Assembly (NCBI GenBank): GCA_965248265.1 | Contig: CBDFJF010000002.1 | Location: 3,904,001-3,968,000 of the forward strand | From: Candidatus Latescibacterota bacterium | GTDB lineage: Bacteria > Latescibacterota > UBA2968 > UBA8231 | Length of the DNA: 64,000 nucleotides | Direction: 5' to 3' | Shown: positions 39,271 through 50,106 of the stretch, in pieces | Numbering within the stretch: the stretch's first letter is position 1 | Layout of the letters: every line of letters starts with the position of its first letter | The notes under the pieces: generated by a model | Seen by the model: the letters and a program-made list of their open reading frames with translations, nothing else | Told to the model about the DNA's origin: nothing | The model's database searches: none | Made by a program: the position numbers and the translations under genes

Positions 39271-40170
39271 TCATAGAGCGCGCCCACCCAACGACTCCTT
39301 CAGCAACCCCACGAACGCGGCAGCGGCCGGCGAACGCCGACGACCGCGGTGCTCGACCAGGCCGATCGGCCTGGGACTCAGCCCACGAACGGCCATAGAG
39401 TGCAAACGACCGTTCGCAACCTCCTGCCCGATCGCGATCTTCGGAACAATGGCGACTCCGAAACCAATCTCGACGAAGCGCTTGATGACCTCGATGCTTC
39501 CCAGGTTCATGCTGACTCGTGGTTTGAGATCCGCCTGACGGAAGGACTGGTCCAGCAGGTAGCGCGTCGTGCTCCCCGGCTCCAGCGCCAACAACGGCAG
39601 CTCTGCCACGGCCTTCAATGCGATCTGCTTGCGCGAAGCCAGGGCATGGTCGGCAGGGCAGATGAGAACGTCCTGCCGGGTAAACAACGCCTGACTCTCC
39701 CCGAGACGTTCGCGGTCTCTTATTGGCATTGTCGCCAGGCCGAGGTCCACTTCATCATCGACGACGAGCCGTCCGACCTCCGTCGACATCTTGTTGCGGA
39801 TATCAACCTCAACTAACGGATAACTCTCGCGGTATGAGCGCAGTACGTCAGGTAAGACGTAGGTAGAATTGGTATCGCTGGTTCCGATCACCAGGCGACC
39901 GCGCAACTCCTGCCTGAGGCTGGCAATCTCGGCATGGGCCGAGTCCAGTTCGGCCAATACCGCTCGGGTGCGGCGCAGGAGAATCTCGCCGGCGGGAGTC
40001 AGACGGATGCGCTTGTGCCCGCGTTCCAGCAAGGCTTCACCTACCTCTTCTTCCAGGGCCTTGAGCTGCAGACTGATCGCCGGCTGAGTCAGGAACAGCC
40101 TGTCAGCCGCCTTGGTGAAGCTGCCCTGACGCGCGATTTCGTGGAAGCCACGCAACTGATGAAGTTCCAT
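39271..40170 (-). CDS. LysR-family transcriptional regulator
   Basis: SFTKAADRLFLTQPAISLQLKALE. Confidence 0.95.
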   Translation of the reverse strand: MELHQLRGFHEIARQGSFTKAADRLFLTQPAISLQLKALEEEVGEALLERGHKRIRLTPAGEILLRRTRAVLAELDSAHAEIASLRQELRGRLVIGTSDTNSTYVLPDVLRSYRESYPLVEVDIRNKMSTEVGRLVVDDEVDLGLATMPIRDRERLGESQALFTRQDVLICPADHALASRKQIALKAVAELPLLALEPGSTTRYLLDQSFRQADLKPRVSMNLGSIEVIKRFVEIGFGVAIVPKIAIGQEVANGRLHSMAVRGLSPRPIGLVEHRGRRRSPAAAAFVGLLKESLGGRAL

Positions 40171-40240
40171 ACCTCGAACCCCTCCCGCCCTCACAGAGCG
40201 CCAGCACACATTGATATGACTTATTCAAAATAAATATAAC

Positions 40241-40255
40241 ATAAATTTTGCTTAT
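40241..40255. promoter_or_regulatory. LysR box (T-N11-A) upstream of the LysR gene
   Basis: ATAA-N7-TTAT in an AT-rich spacer. Confidence 0.5.
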
Positions 40256-40258
40256 TTC

Positions 40259-41110
40259 CTATTCCCGGGTCTTATCCCCGGCCTTGTCCCATTCAGTGAT
40301 GAGTTCGCCCATGCGCTCGACGAGTTCTGTGTTGCCCCTTTTCTGGGCGCCCCCTCGCACGATTCGAGCTTTCTTCAGCAACACCCGTATGGCTTCGTCC
40401 CGGTCCTGCTCGCTCAATGGCGCCGTGGAGTCACGCAAGATGCGGTCGAGGGAGGTGACCCGAAACCGATCCATGGCAGGATGGACCTGCGACAGCTGAT
40501 CGTCATGGCCACCGTACTTGATGGTCAGTTTCTGCTCCAGGTACAGGACCTCGAAGCGACAGGTGAGCCGGAGAAAGAGATCGTAGTCCTCACATGCGGG
40601 CAGGCTCTCGTCAAAAAGACCGATGGTCTCGAAGACATCGCGATGCAGCACCAGAGAGGAGGGAGACATCGCGCACAGCGGTAGAGCCCGCTGAAAAATC
40701 CACCCGCCATACTTCTTATGATGGCTGTGTGGGTTTACCCTGACTCCGTTGCGGATCCAGATTTCATCGGTGTGGCAGACCAGCAATCCCGAATCCGCCA
40801 GGCCGCGCAGCTGTTGCTCGAGCTTCTCGCGGCACCACTCATCGTCCGAATCCAGAAAGGCGATCCACTCACCCTGTGCCACCTCGATGCCGTGGTTGCG
40901 AGCAGCCGAGACGCCCTTGTTTTGCGGCAGACGCAGCAGCGTGACCCCGTCTCCGTACTCGGACTGCACCCGATCGGCGGTACCGTCCACGGAACCGTCG
41001 TCGACGACGATGAGCTCGAAGTCTGGATGGCTCTGCATGCGGACGGATTCAATCGCGCGCCCGACCAGGTCGACTCGGTCACGTACCGGGATGATTACGG
41101 AGATATGCAC
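40259..41110 (-). CDS. Glycosyltransferase family 2
   Basis: ISVIIP, VVDDGS.DGT, G.SAARN.G, FLDSDD, EDYDL. Confidence 0.93.
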   Translation of the reverse strand: MHISVIIPVRDRVDLVGRAIESVRMQSHPDFELIVVDDGSVDGTADRVQSEYGDGVTLLRLPQNKGVSAARNHGIEVAQGEWIAFLDSDDEWCREKLEQQLRGLADSGLLVCHTDEIWIRNGVRVNPHSHHKKYGGWIFQRALPLCAMSPSSLVLHRDVFETIGLFDESLPACEDYDLFLRLTCRFEVLYLEQKLTIKYGGHDDQLSQVHPAMDRFRVTSLDRILRDSTAPLSEQDRDEAIRVLLKKARIVRGGAQKRGNTELVERMGELITEWDKAGDKTRE

Positions 41111-41136
41111 GGGATTAGCACACGATATCAGCCCGG

Positions 41137-42138
41137 CTAGGTATCCGCGTAGAGGTCGCGGCCGGCGACCAGGGCCTCGATCTTGCGATCGGCCACACTG
41201 CGTTTGAGCATCCAGAAACCGCAGTCGGGATTGACGTAGGCGATGCGCTCGGCGCCAAGATGACCGGCCGCCTCGTCGATGCGCGAGGCGATCAGGTCAG
41301 GTGTCTCCACCACGTTGCTCTTGATGTCGACGACGCCGAGACCGAAACGGATATCGGTGTCAACCTCTTTGAGGTAGGCCAGCTCCGCACTACCCCGATG
41401 GGCCATTTCCAACAGCACGTGGTCGCAGTGAAGACCCGAGAGATAGGCCACCAGACGTTCCCAACTCCCCTGTTGAATGGTCTGTCCGCCGTAGTTGCCG
41501 AAACACAGGTGCACGGCGGCCGCTCCACGAACAACATCCAGGATGCGGTTGATACCCTCCAGCGCCCAGTCCGCCTCCTCGGGATGTCCCGGCAGATTGG
41601 CCTCGTCCACCTGAACGACGTCGGCGTCGATCTGAGCTACCTGAGACGCCAGGATGTCAGCCAGAGCGAAAGACAACTCGGGCAGTGAACGATAATGGTG
41701 ATCGAGCAGTGCCTTGGCCAACATGTGAGGCCCGGTCAGGGTGAACTTGAGTGGACAGGTGGTCAGGCTCCGCGCCTTGGCGAAATCGCCGGGCAGGTCC
41801 ATGGATCCTTCGCCGAGCGTCCCTTCCACAACCGCGCTCGGTTTGCGCCGGTACGACATGCCCGCGTCCTTGCTGAACTCCGCCGCATCGTCGCGTGTGA
41901 TCTGCGAGCGCGAGTTGCTCAGCGGCCGGACGAAGTAGTCGATCATGCCATTGGTCTCCGGATGATTGACATCGAACCTGGACAACTCACCGTCGGCGAC
42001 CAGATCGATACCGGCCTTCTCCTGCGTCTTGAGGACGACGGCCATGGCGTCCTCGAGTGTCTGCTCCGACGGCAACGCCGCCAGCCAATCAGGAATCGGA
42101 TAGCTGCCGACGACGGTCGTTTTGATGCTTGCGCTCAT
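41137..42138 (-). CDS. Cobalamin-independent methionine synthase II family (MetE C-terminal-like)
   Basis: TTVVGSYP, DGE, VHLCFGN, NPDCG. Confidence 0.88.
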   Translation of the reverse strand: MSASIKTTVVGSYPIPDWLAALPSEQTLEDAMAVVLKTQEKAGIDLVADGELSRFDVNHPETNGMIDYFVRPLSNSRSQITRDDAAEFSKDAGMSYRRKPSAVVEGTLGEGSMDLPGDFAKARSLTTCPLKFTLTGPHMLAKALLDHHYRSLPELSFALADILASQVAQIDADVVQVDEANLPGHPEEADWALEGINRILDVVRGAAAVHLCFGNYGGQTIQQGSWERLVAYLSGLHCDHVLLEMAHRGSAELAYLKEVDTDIRFGLGVVDIKSNVVETPDLIASRIDEAAGHLGAERIAYVNPDCGFWMLKRSVADRKIEALVAGRDLYADT

Positions 42139-42148
42139 TCAGAAAACC

Positions 42149-44377
42149 TCATGAAGATGGATCGCCAGCCGCCAAATTCGGGAGGCTCAGCCTGGCTGCT
42201 TCGTCCAGTTGTTGAAGTACGATACTGGTCGTGATCAATTCAGGTAACACCAGCGGGTGATCGACGCGGCCGGCTGGGAAAATGACGTAGAACGGCACCC
42301 CCGAGCGCCCGAAGGATCGCAAGAAAGCCGTGATCTCGGGATTCCGATTGGTCCAGTCGGCCCGGACCCTCTGTACTCCGAGCTCGTCGAACCGATCCTG
42401 GACGGCCTCCCCATCCAGGACCGTGCGCTTGTTCACCTTACAGGTCCAACACCACTCCGCGGTGAAATCGATGAAGACGTGATTCCCGCCCGAGACCAGT
42501 TCCTCCACTCTTTCGATCGAAAACGATTGCCAGCTATCCACCTGCGTGGGAAGACCCGAATTCAGTTGCCGCTCCTGTTGCAAGAACGGATGCAGAAACA
42601 GCAGGTAGCCCCCGGCGATGACGACGAGGGCCGCACTCCATGCTCCAGTTCGCTGCCGGCTGCTGCTGCGAAGATCCGTCCACTTGCCCGGGATCCACAA
42701 CGCGAGTGCCAGACACAGCAGAAAAGCGGCCGTCCAGATCACCGCCTCCACTCCGAGCTGCTTGCCCAAAACCCAGAGCAACCACAGCACCGTCGCCATG
42801 AGCAGGAAACCCATCCCCTGCTTGAAGTGCTCCATCCAGGGACCCGGTTTGGGAATGGAGCGCATCCAGCCGGGCTCAGCCGCAAGCACCAGGTACGGCA
42901 GGGCCATGCCCATGCCAGTGGCAACGAAGATGGCCAGGATGACGCCTCCCGGTTGGGTGAAGGCGAACCCCAGAGAGCTGCCTAGAAAAGGCGCCGTACA
43001 CGGCGTTGCCAGAATAGTCGCCAACACACCATTGAAGAAACTGCCCGTCAACCCATGGCTGTCCGCCAGGCCGCCCAGATTGGTGCGGGTTCCGGGCAAC
43101 GTGATCGTCAGCAACCCGAACAGGCTCAGGGCCAATACGAAAATGAGACCCGTGAGGGCGAGCACGAACACGGGAGACTGGAACTGAAAACCCCAGCCAA
43201 TCTGCTCACCGCCAGCCTTGATGGCGATGACGACACCGGCGAGGACGGCGAATGAGGCAACGATGCCGGCGGCAAATGCCGCGCCCAGTTGCCGCACCCT
43301 GCGCCGCTCCTGCTGGGCATGCGAGACAAACCCGAGCACCTTGAGCGAGATCACGGGAAGCACGCAAGGCATCACGTTCAGGATGAGGCCCCCCAACGCG
43401 GCGAATAATATGTAGAGCAACAGGGATTGCGATTCAGGCCGCGTGAAATCGGCTCCGGCCAGGACCGACATCGGCAATGCTGACGCCGAACCGGCATCCT
43501 CCAGATCGAGTTCGAGCGAGCGATAGGCGCGCTTGCCATCTTCGTCCAGGTAAGAGAGCACGCCGCCCAGCCGTGAGGGAACCTCGTCGTATGGCTGAAC
43601 CTCCATGGTGAGCCCGACTCCATCAGCAGACGGCGGAGACATCATGTGTGCGGAAAAAAGGTCAAACTCGGGGCCGTCGAGTATTCTGAAGGGAAAGAAA
43701 TCCGGCTCCAGTTCGGCGATGGTCCGACCGCCGTCCCGGACCGAAAGCTGGACCTGGACGATGAGGCCACTGGTTGTCGGACCAGCGTGGGCAGTCACCG
43801 ACAGTGGATCAGCCGCGGAGTAGGCCACGGGGAGTTGCGCACGGTAGTCTTCGAACAGCTGGCGATGGCCCGCTTCCCTTCCCGCCTGCTGAATGGGCAA
43901 AGACAGGGTCAGCGTTGTGTCTCCTGGTATGCACAGATCGCTGCACACAAACCAGGAAACAGCAGCCTTCAATTCTATCTCCGACCCCGGCGGCAGATGC
44001 TGTGGCGCCCGGATCTCCGCCATCAGCATGGTGGCCTGCTCGTACCCGTAGGTGACGAACTCGTCCTGCCCTATGTAGTCGGTGTATTTGTGGGGCGCTG
44101 GCCATTGCAGATCTGTGGATTCAGAGCCCGCCGGTAGGATCCATTCTACCCTGGTGGGACCACCGGAATCGCCGCTGTTGCGCCAGTAGACGTGCCAGTC
44201 CTCTTCCATCTCCAGCAGGACCCCGAGCCCGAACGCCGCTCCGGGCGAGATGGCTGCAACGTCGGCGACGAGGTGAGCCTCGACAGGGTGCTCGTCAGCA
44301 CCGACAGTCTCAGGACCCGCAAGCGGGGCAGTCAGCCCAAGAACCAGGCCCGCCACGATGCCATCGATGAATCTCAC
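42149..44377 (-). CDS. dsbD: Protein-disulfide reductase, DsbD family
   Basis: WHVYWRNSGDSG, C...C.P, LNVMPCVLPV, ATPCTAPF, FTAEWCWTC. Confidence 0.88.
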   Translation of the reverse strand: MRFIDGIVAGLVLGLTAPLAGPETVGADEHPVEAHLVADVAAISPGAAFGLGVLLEMEEDWHVYWRNSGDSGGPTRVEWILPAGSESTDLQWPAPHKYTDYIGQDEFVTYGYEQATMLMAEIRAPQHLPPGSEIELKAAVSWFVCSDLCIPGDTTLTLSLPIQQAGREAGHRQLFEDYRAQLPVAYSAADPLSVTAHAGPTTSGLIVQVQLSVRDGGRTIAELEPDFFPFRILDGPEFDLFSAHMMSPPSADGVGLTMEVQPYDEVPSRLGGVLSYLDEDGKRAYRSLELDLEDAGSASALPMSVLAGADFTRPESQSLLLYILFAALGGLILNVMPCVLPVISLKVLGFVSHAQQERRRVRQLGAAFAAGIVASFAVLAGVVIAIKAGGEQIGWGFQFQSPVFVLALTGLIFVLALSLFGLLTITLPGTRTNLGGLADSHGLTGSFFNGVLATILATPCTAPFLGSSLGFAFTQPGGVILAIFVATGMGMALPYLVLAAEPGWMRSIPKPGPWMEHFKQGMGFLLMATVLWLLWVLGKQLGVEAVIWTAAFLLCLALALWIPGKWTDLRSSSRQRTGAWSAALVVIAGGYLLFLHPFLQQERQLNSGLPTQVDSWQSFSIERVEELVSGGNHVFIDFTAEWCWTCKVNKRTVLDGEAVQDRFDELGVQRVRADWTNRNPEITAFLRSFGRSGVPFYVIFPAGRVDHPLVLPELITTSIVLQQLDEAARLSLPNLAAGDPSS

Positions 44378-45678
44378 GCGTGCTCTCCGATGCGGGCACC
44401 CAGTTGTGTCAGGTCATCGTAGAAGCCGGGATAGGATTTGGACACCGTCTCAGCGTCATTGAGGACGATTCCGTTGCGACAACGCAGGCCCATGATCGTC
44501 AGCATCTGGGCAACGCGATGATCGTCATGGGTGCCGAGTTCGATGCCACCTTCGTAGCCGGCAGGACAGCCACGGATGATGATCTCGTCCTCCTTTTCCT
44601 CGCAGTCGACGCCCAGACGCCCGAGTTCTCGAACTGGAACGGCGATTCGATCGCATTCCTTCAAGCGCAGATTGCCAATGCCGAAGAACCGGCTCTCCCC
44701 ACTCGCCAGAGCCGCCAGCGGCAACATCACCAGAATCATGTCCGTTGCGGCGTCACCATCGAACTCGATTCCGCGCAGGCCCCCGTGGCCCTTCACCTCA
44801 ACTTGCGAGCCATCGTAGGTGAGTTGCGCTCCCATGCGCTGCAGCAAGTCGATGACGGCGCGCTCCCCTTGGCGGTCTTGGTACAACCGTCTGACCGTGA
44901 CGTCGCCGCCCGTAACCACGGCCGCCGACAGTAAGGCAGCTGCGGAAGGATAGTCGCCGTTGACGCTGTATTCAGCCGGTTGGTATGACTGCCCTCCCGC
45001 GATCTTGAAATGCATCAGATCCTCTGCGGCCTCGACTTCAATGCCGGCCATCGCCAGCACTTCCAGGGTCGTCGCCACCAGTGGCTTGGAAACCAGCCTG
45101 TCGGTGATCAGGATCTCAACCTCTTCGCCGATCAAGGGCGCCAGGAACAACAACGAGGTGAGGAACTGTGAGCTGCGAGCGCCGCTCAGTCGAACAAGGC
45201 CACCATGGAGACAGCCTCCGCGGATTACCAGGGGAAAACATCCACCCTCGGTCGATTCGGTCGCCGCGCCCAACTGTTGCAGTGCATCCAGCAGCTCTGC
45301 GTGTGGACGCTGGCCCAGCGAATCGGCATAGTCGGTTTCGAAACGGACTTCGGACAACAGTGCCGCCGTGCCCATCAAGAACCGGGATACGGCTCCTGCG
45401 TTGCCCGGATTGAGGGTCCCGGGAGGCTTGGGCGTCCGGCCGAAACCCGTTACCCGAAGGCATCGGGCACCATCGTCTTCCTCTTCCTTGATAACGGCAC
45501 CAAGATCACGCAGGCAACGAATCAGGGCATCTGCATCGTCACTGCGAGCCGGACGTCGCACCAGACTCTCTCCGTCCGCCAGAGCGGCGGCCAGCAGGTA
45601 CCGTGTCGTGTAGTTCTTGGAACTGGGCGGATCCAGCGTACCCTCGAGGTGCTCGGAGTAGCCTACGTCAATTCTCAT
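44374..45678 (-). CDS. aroA: 3-phosphoshikimate 1-carboxyvinyltransferase
   Basis: PSSKNYT.R, GNAG, SSQF, LRLKECDR, DHRVA, KSYP. Confidence 0.93.
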   Translation of the reverse strand: MRIDVGYSEHLEGTLDPPSSKNYTTRYLLAAALADGESLVRRPARSDDADALIRCLRDLGAVIKEEEDDGARCLRVTGFGRTPKPPGTLNPGNAGAVSRFLMGTAALLSEVRFETDYADSLGQRPHAELLDALQQLGAATESTEGGCFPLVIRGGCLHGGLVRLSGARSSQFLTSLLFLAPLIGEEVEILITDRLVSKPLVATTLEVLAMAGIEVEAAEDLMHFKIAGGQSYQPAEYSVNGDYPSAAALLSAAVVTGGDVTVRRLYQDRQGERAVIDLLQRMGAQLTYDGSQVEVKGHGGLRGIEFDGDAATDMILVMLPLAALASGESRFFGIGNLRLKECDRIAVPVRELGRLGVDCEEKEDEIIIRGCPAGYEGGIELGTHDDHRVAQMLTIMGLRCRNGIVLNDAETVSKSYPGFYDDLTQLGARIGEHA

Positions 45679-45795
45679 ATTCTTAAGTTCGCCAGCGCCA
45701 CGCACAGGGGCAAACGGCGTCACTTTGTCGCGGTGGTGCAGAACGTTACTTTCCACTCACGTATTTGATCATCCAACAACCGGCGAGACAGCTCG

Positions 45796-48045
45796 GTGTC
45801 AGAACAACGACAAAAACCTGCTCGTTCCCTCGACCTGTTCGAGGAAGGCCGCAAAGACCAGATAGAGCAGGAGCAACCGTTAGCCGCCAGATTGCGCCCA
45901 AGGGTCCTCGACGACTTCGTCGGACAGGATCACATTCTGGGGCCAGGCAGGCTGCTGCGCCGGGCGATCCAGGCCGACCAGCTTTCCTCCCTCATTTTCT
46001 ATGGCCCGCCCGGTACCGGCAAGACGACACTCGCCCACGTCATCGCCAACACCACCAGTTCGAACTTCATCACCATCAACGCCGTCCTCGCCGGCGTCGC
46101 CGACATCCGCTCTGGCATCCACGAGGCGCAGGAACGCCGTAACCTGCACAACGAGCGCACCATCCTCTTCGTCGACGAGGTCCACCGCTTCAACAAGGCT
46201 CAACAGGATGCCCTGCTGCCCTGGGTCGAAAACGGCACCGTCATCCTGATCGGCGCGACCACGGAGAATCCTTACTTCTCGGTCAATCGACCGTTGGTAT
46301 CGCGCAGCCGCGTCTTCCAACTCCGCTCATTGACGAGCGAGGAACTCTACCGTGTCGCCCGGCATGCATTGAGCGATGTCAGAGGCTATCGACATCTGCG
46401 AGTTGAGATCGACGCCGAAGCCCTGGACCATCTCGTCGACATCGCCAATGGCGACGCGCGCGCCCTCTTGAACGCGATCGAACTCGCCGTTGAAACGACC
46501 CCCGCAGGCGAGGGGGGCATCATCCATATCGACCTGGCGGTAGCCGAGGAATCCATCCAGAAACGAGCCGTCCTGTACGATAAGGAAGGCGACTATCACT
46601 TCGATGCCATCAGCGCTTTTATCAAATCCCTGCGCGGCTCCGACCCGGATGCCACCATGTACTGGCTCGCCAAAATGGTCTATGCCGGCGAGGACCCGCA
46701 GTACATCTTCCGGCGCATGCTCGTGTTCGCCAGCGAAGACGTGGGAGCGGCCGATCCCCAGGCCCTGGCACTGGTCTCAGCCGCTGCCGAGACCTTCGAT
46801 CGTGTCGGCCTGCCAGAGGGACGGTTTTCGTTGGCGCAGGCAGCCCTCCACCTTGCTACTGCTCCAAAGAGCAACTCGGTGTTCGCGTTCTTTGATGCCT
46901 TGGCCGCGGTCGAGCGCGAACGCGACGAAGAAGTACCCAACCACCTCAAGGATGCCAGCCGGGATGGCGAAAGCCTCGGACACGGAGCCAATTACCTCTA
47001 CCCCCACGCCTATCGCGACCACTGGGTGGCTCAACAATACCTGCCGGATGGTCTGCAGGGCCGCGTGTTCTATCAGCCATCCCAACAGGGCGCCGAAGGG
47101 CAGATTGCTGAAACCGTGGCCCGACGCCGCGAAATACAGCTGGCAGCGATGCTGGAAGCAGAACAGGTCGCTCCCGAAAGTCTCACGATTCAACCCAGTG
47201 ACAAGGATCGCAACGACTGGGTGCGTCGCGCCCAGGGTGACACCAGCGAGTTGCTGGGCCGCGTGCGCGAACGGGTGTTCGCGCGCGCAAGGTGGCAGCG
47301 GCACCACAGAGTCATCGACCTCAATGGGGCCACGGGGCTGTTGACTTGGGAGGCCTTGCGCCGAGCCGCTGACGGAGGCGTATGGTCCCTGTGCCATGAC
47401 AAGACCAGCGCCGTCGCACTCAGGGAGATGGCCACCCACCTCACCGAACTCGATCGTCCTCACGTGCTCGAAGGGGACGTGGCGAAACTCCCTTCTCTAT
47501 TGGTGGACGAGAACGACGGCGTGCGCTTCGACGTCGCTGTCGGGCGCAACGCCCTGGGATCATCATCTGGTCATCAACAATTGCCGGCCGTTTTTGAAGT
47601 CATGGCAGAAGGGGGCCAGCTATCACTGGCCGAGGTCTTCCCCCGTCGGGCGCAACGACTCTGCGATCTGGTTCGCCTGGACGAGTTGGAGGCTGATCTG
47701 CGGGACCGGGTGCTGCGCGCTGAAGAGGAGATTTACGAAGACGGGAGCAACCCACGTGTCAGCTGGGATGTGGAAGACTTGAATAATGCGCTCGAGGTTG
47801 CCGGGTTTGCCTCGGTCGAACACCGCGTCGAGCGTCTCGTCATCCCGCGCCGCATCAACCTGCACCATCTGGGCAACTGGTTCAGTCCCGGCGGCGACAA
47901 GCATCCTACCTTCGCCAAGCTGCTGCGCCGTCACGTCGAAGCCGACGAATTGGCACAGATCAAAAAACTGTTCGAACTGCAGCTGGCGCACAAAGACGTG
48001 AACTGGTCGACGACCTACATCTTTGCCACTGGTCTAAAAGAGTGA
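45796..48045 (+). CDS. rarA: Replication-associated recombination protein RarA/MgsA with a C-terminal methyltransferase-like extension
   Basis: PLAARLRP, GPPGTGKTT, DEVHRFNKAQQDALLP, SAFIKSLRGSD; ~290 extra aa containing VIDLNGATGLL. Confidence 0.9.
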   Translation: MSEQRQKPARSLDLFEEGRKDQIEQEQPLAARLRPRVLDDFVGQDHILGPGRLLRRAIQADQLSSLIFYGPPGTGKTTLAHVIANTTSSNFITINAVLAGVADIRSGIHEAQERRNLHNERTILFVDEVHRFNKAQQDALLPWVENGTVILIGATTENPYFSVNRPLVSRSRVFQLRSLTSEELYRVARHALSDVRGYRHLRVEIDAEALDHLVDIANGDARALLNAIELAVETTPAGEGGIIHIDLAVAEESIQKRAVLYDKEGDYHFDAISAFIKSLRGSDPDATMYWLAKMVYAGEDPQYIFRRMLVFASEDVGAADPQALALVSAAAETFDRVGLPEGRFSLAQAALHLATAPKSNSVFAFFDALAAVERERDEEVPNHLKDASRDGESLGHGANYLYPHAYRDHWVAQQYLPDGLQGRVFYQPSQQGAEGQIAETVARRREIQLAAMLEAEQVAPESLTIQPSDKDRNDWVRRAQGDTSELLGRVRERVFARARWQRHHRVIDLNGATGLLTWEALRRAADGGVWSLCHDKTSAVALREMATHLTELDRPHVLEGDVAKLPSLLVDENDGVRFDVAVGRNALGSSSGHQQLPAVFEVMAEGGQLSLAEVFPRRAQRLCDLVRLDELEADLRDRVLRAEEEIYEDGSNPRVSWDVEDLNNALEVAGFASVEHRVERLVIPRRINLHHLGNWFSPGGDKHPTFAKLLRRHVEADELAQIKKLFELQLAHKDVNWSTTYIFATGLKE

Positions 48046-48585
48046 TTCTGCCCGTTTTTCGATCTGTTCACCGATCGCCTCGGGAGAAATCATACCACCA
48101 TAACGCTCCAGCGCCGCGGCGAAATCCTCGGGCAGCAGGGGCTCCAGTCGTTCGAGCAGATCGATCAGCAGCGGGCCCGACCTGCTCGCCTGCAGGAAAT
48201 GCCCGCCGTCGGGGAAGTACCTGCTGACCAGAAGCATCGCAATCAACAGCACCTGAAGTCCGATGAGCACACCAAAGACGGCACCCAGTAGGCGGTCCAA
48301 TCCACCGAGGAAGAGGGCGTGGATGGCGGCGCGCAGCACGCGCCCGAGAAGGCGCACGCTGATGGCGATTCCACCGAAAACGAGTGCAAAACTCGCGGCC
48401 AGTTTAATCTCCGGCTGCGAAATCGCCGGCAGCAGCGGAACCGCCGCCTGATGCAAGTATAGGCCCCCGAGGATCCCCAATCCGACAGCCACAAAGGTAG
48501 AAAGCTGCTCTATCAGCCCCCGTTGATAGCCCCTCAGACAGAGGAGAATCAACAGCGCCGCAACGGCCCAGTCGACCCAATTCAC
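48034..48585 (-). CDS. cvpA: CvpA family membrane protein
   Basis: MNWVD...GYQRGLI...LDRLLGAVFG. Confidence 0.88.
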   Translation of the reverse strand: MNWVDWAVAALLILLCLRGYQRGLIEQLSTFVAVGLGILGGLYLHQAAVPLLPAISQPEIKLAASFALVFGGIAISVRLLGRVLRAAIHALFLGGLDRLLGAVFGVLIGLQVLLIAMLLVSRYFPDGGHFLQASRSGPLLIDLLERLEPLLPEDFAAALERYGGMISPEAIGEQIEKRAESLF

Positions 48586-48775
48586 ATTGCCGTCCCCTGG
48601 ATAGTGATTTCAGCACACTTCATACTCTGCAAAAGTACCGCTTTTGTCCCTATCCCGGAAGCTGGCGTACGTCTTGCGCCCCTGGTCTGAGGCATCTTAC
48701 ATTACGGGCCGTTTTTACTACTAGTGGTATTTAGTTCAGTAGTCATCTGCCCTTCTCGAGGAGAGTCCACACCGC

Positions 48776-50050
48776 ATGCGGAATTCTCGCTTCATCTTCC
48801 CGGGCAATAGCCTACCCTCGTCAGCCCTCCAACGCCCTACAACCATCGTCGCATTGATGGTAGCGCTGACCGGCGGACTCGGGTGCAGCACCACGGAGCA
48901 GGAAGTCCAGGAGCAAATCGAGATACTCGCTGCCAACGACATCGGTTCCGAGTCCTGGAAGGGGGCCACGGATGAACTCACCCTCATCGGTCGTCCGGCC
49001 GCGCGTCAGCTCGTGGCGCTACTCAATCCGGCACTCTACAAGGGCAAGGCCTACCGCGAATTCCCGAGCGAAATGGAGAAAACGCGAACGGGGGCCGCGC
49101 TGGTACTCGGCCGCATTCGACACAAGGCAGCGGCGGCCGGTCTGTCGGCTTGCATCACCAACGTCTACACATTTGGTGAGCGTGTAGCCGCGCTCGAGGC
49201 CGTTGGCGAGTTGGGATTCAACGCCGATGCCGTCAAGGCACTGAAGAAGCAGTTTGACATCGAAACCGATCCCGTGATACAGCTACACATCGGGATCGCT
49301 CTGATAAAAATGGATGATGACGCGGGCGCATCAGCGCTCAAAAAGGCGATCTCTGGCGACGATGACGACCTTGCTGCCACGGCCATAACAGGCCTGCAGG
49401 CGGCCAACTACTTCGGCGTGGATTTGATGGTGGAACTCGCTAACCGTGGCATCCGCGAGGAAGCCCTGCGAACCGCCATCGCCGGTACCCGGGAAAAGCT
49501 GGTGAGCCAGCTGGAATCCGAAGATCCGGACGTGCGCATGCATTCGGCTCGCGCCCTAGGTCTGGCCGGAGATCCTGGCGTCAACACCTCGCTGACCGTG
49601 CTTCTCGATGACAAGAGCAACCAGGTCCGCTTCAGCGCGGCGTCTTCATTGACGACTCTCGGCGACCCGACTGGAACCGAGTTTCTTTTTGCCTCCATGC
49701 GCAGCGACGACTCGATACAACGTCTGAACGCGATAAAATCGCTGGTGGAAGTGCAGGAGCATTCCGGAACCGTCGAAAAGCAATTGATCGATGGACTCAT
49801 GTCGTCCGAGCCGATGGCGCGCTCCGGTTGCGCTCAAATCCTCGGCGAGGCCGGCGTCAGCGACGCCGTGCCTGATCTGATACGGACCACTGAGGACCCC
49901 GTCGCAGAGGTCCGTTGGAGTGCAATCATTGCGCTGGGCCGCCTGGCGGCTGTCGATGGCCGTGCTCAACTCGAGAAGTTGCGCGGGGATGAGGACGCCA
50001 CGGTGGCGTACTACGCCAAATGGGCGCTGCGTCAGCTCGGAGCGGGGTAG
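48776..50050 (+). CDS. HEAT-repeat lipoprotein
   Basis: GLGC lipobox-like motif; D..VR..A..ALG repeats. Confidence 0.8.
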   Translation: MRNSRFIFPGNSLPSSALQRPTTIVALMVALTGGLGCSTTEQEVQEQIEILAANDIGSESWKGATDELTLIGRPAARQLVALLNPALYKGKAYREFPSEMEKTRTGAALVLGRIRHKAAAAGLSACITNVYTFGERVAALEAVGELGFNADAVKALKKQFDIETDPVIQLHIGIALIKMDDDAGASALKKAISGDDDDLAATAITGLQAANYFGVDLMVELANRGIREEALRTAIAGTREKLVSQLESEDPDVRMHSARALGLAGDPGVNTSLTVLLDDKSNQVRFSAASSLTTLGDPTGTEFLFASMRSDDSIQRLNAIKSLVEVQEHSGTVEKQLIDGLMSSEPMARSGCAQILGEAGVSDAVPDLIRTTEDPVAEVRWSAIIALGRLAAVDGRAQLEKLRGDEDATVAYYAKWALRQLGAG

Positions 50051-50106
50051 TTCCCAGCTGCCTCCCCCCTACAAACCAACCATTCACTCACGTGGTTAGA
50101 TTCCCG

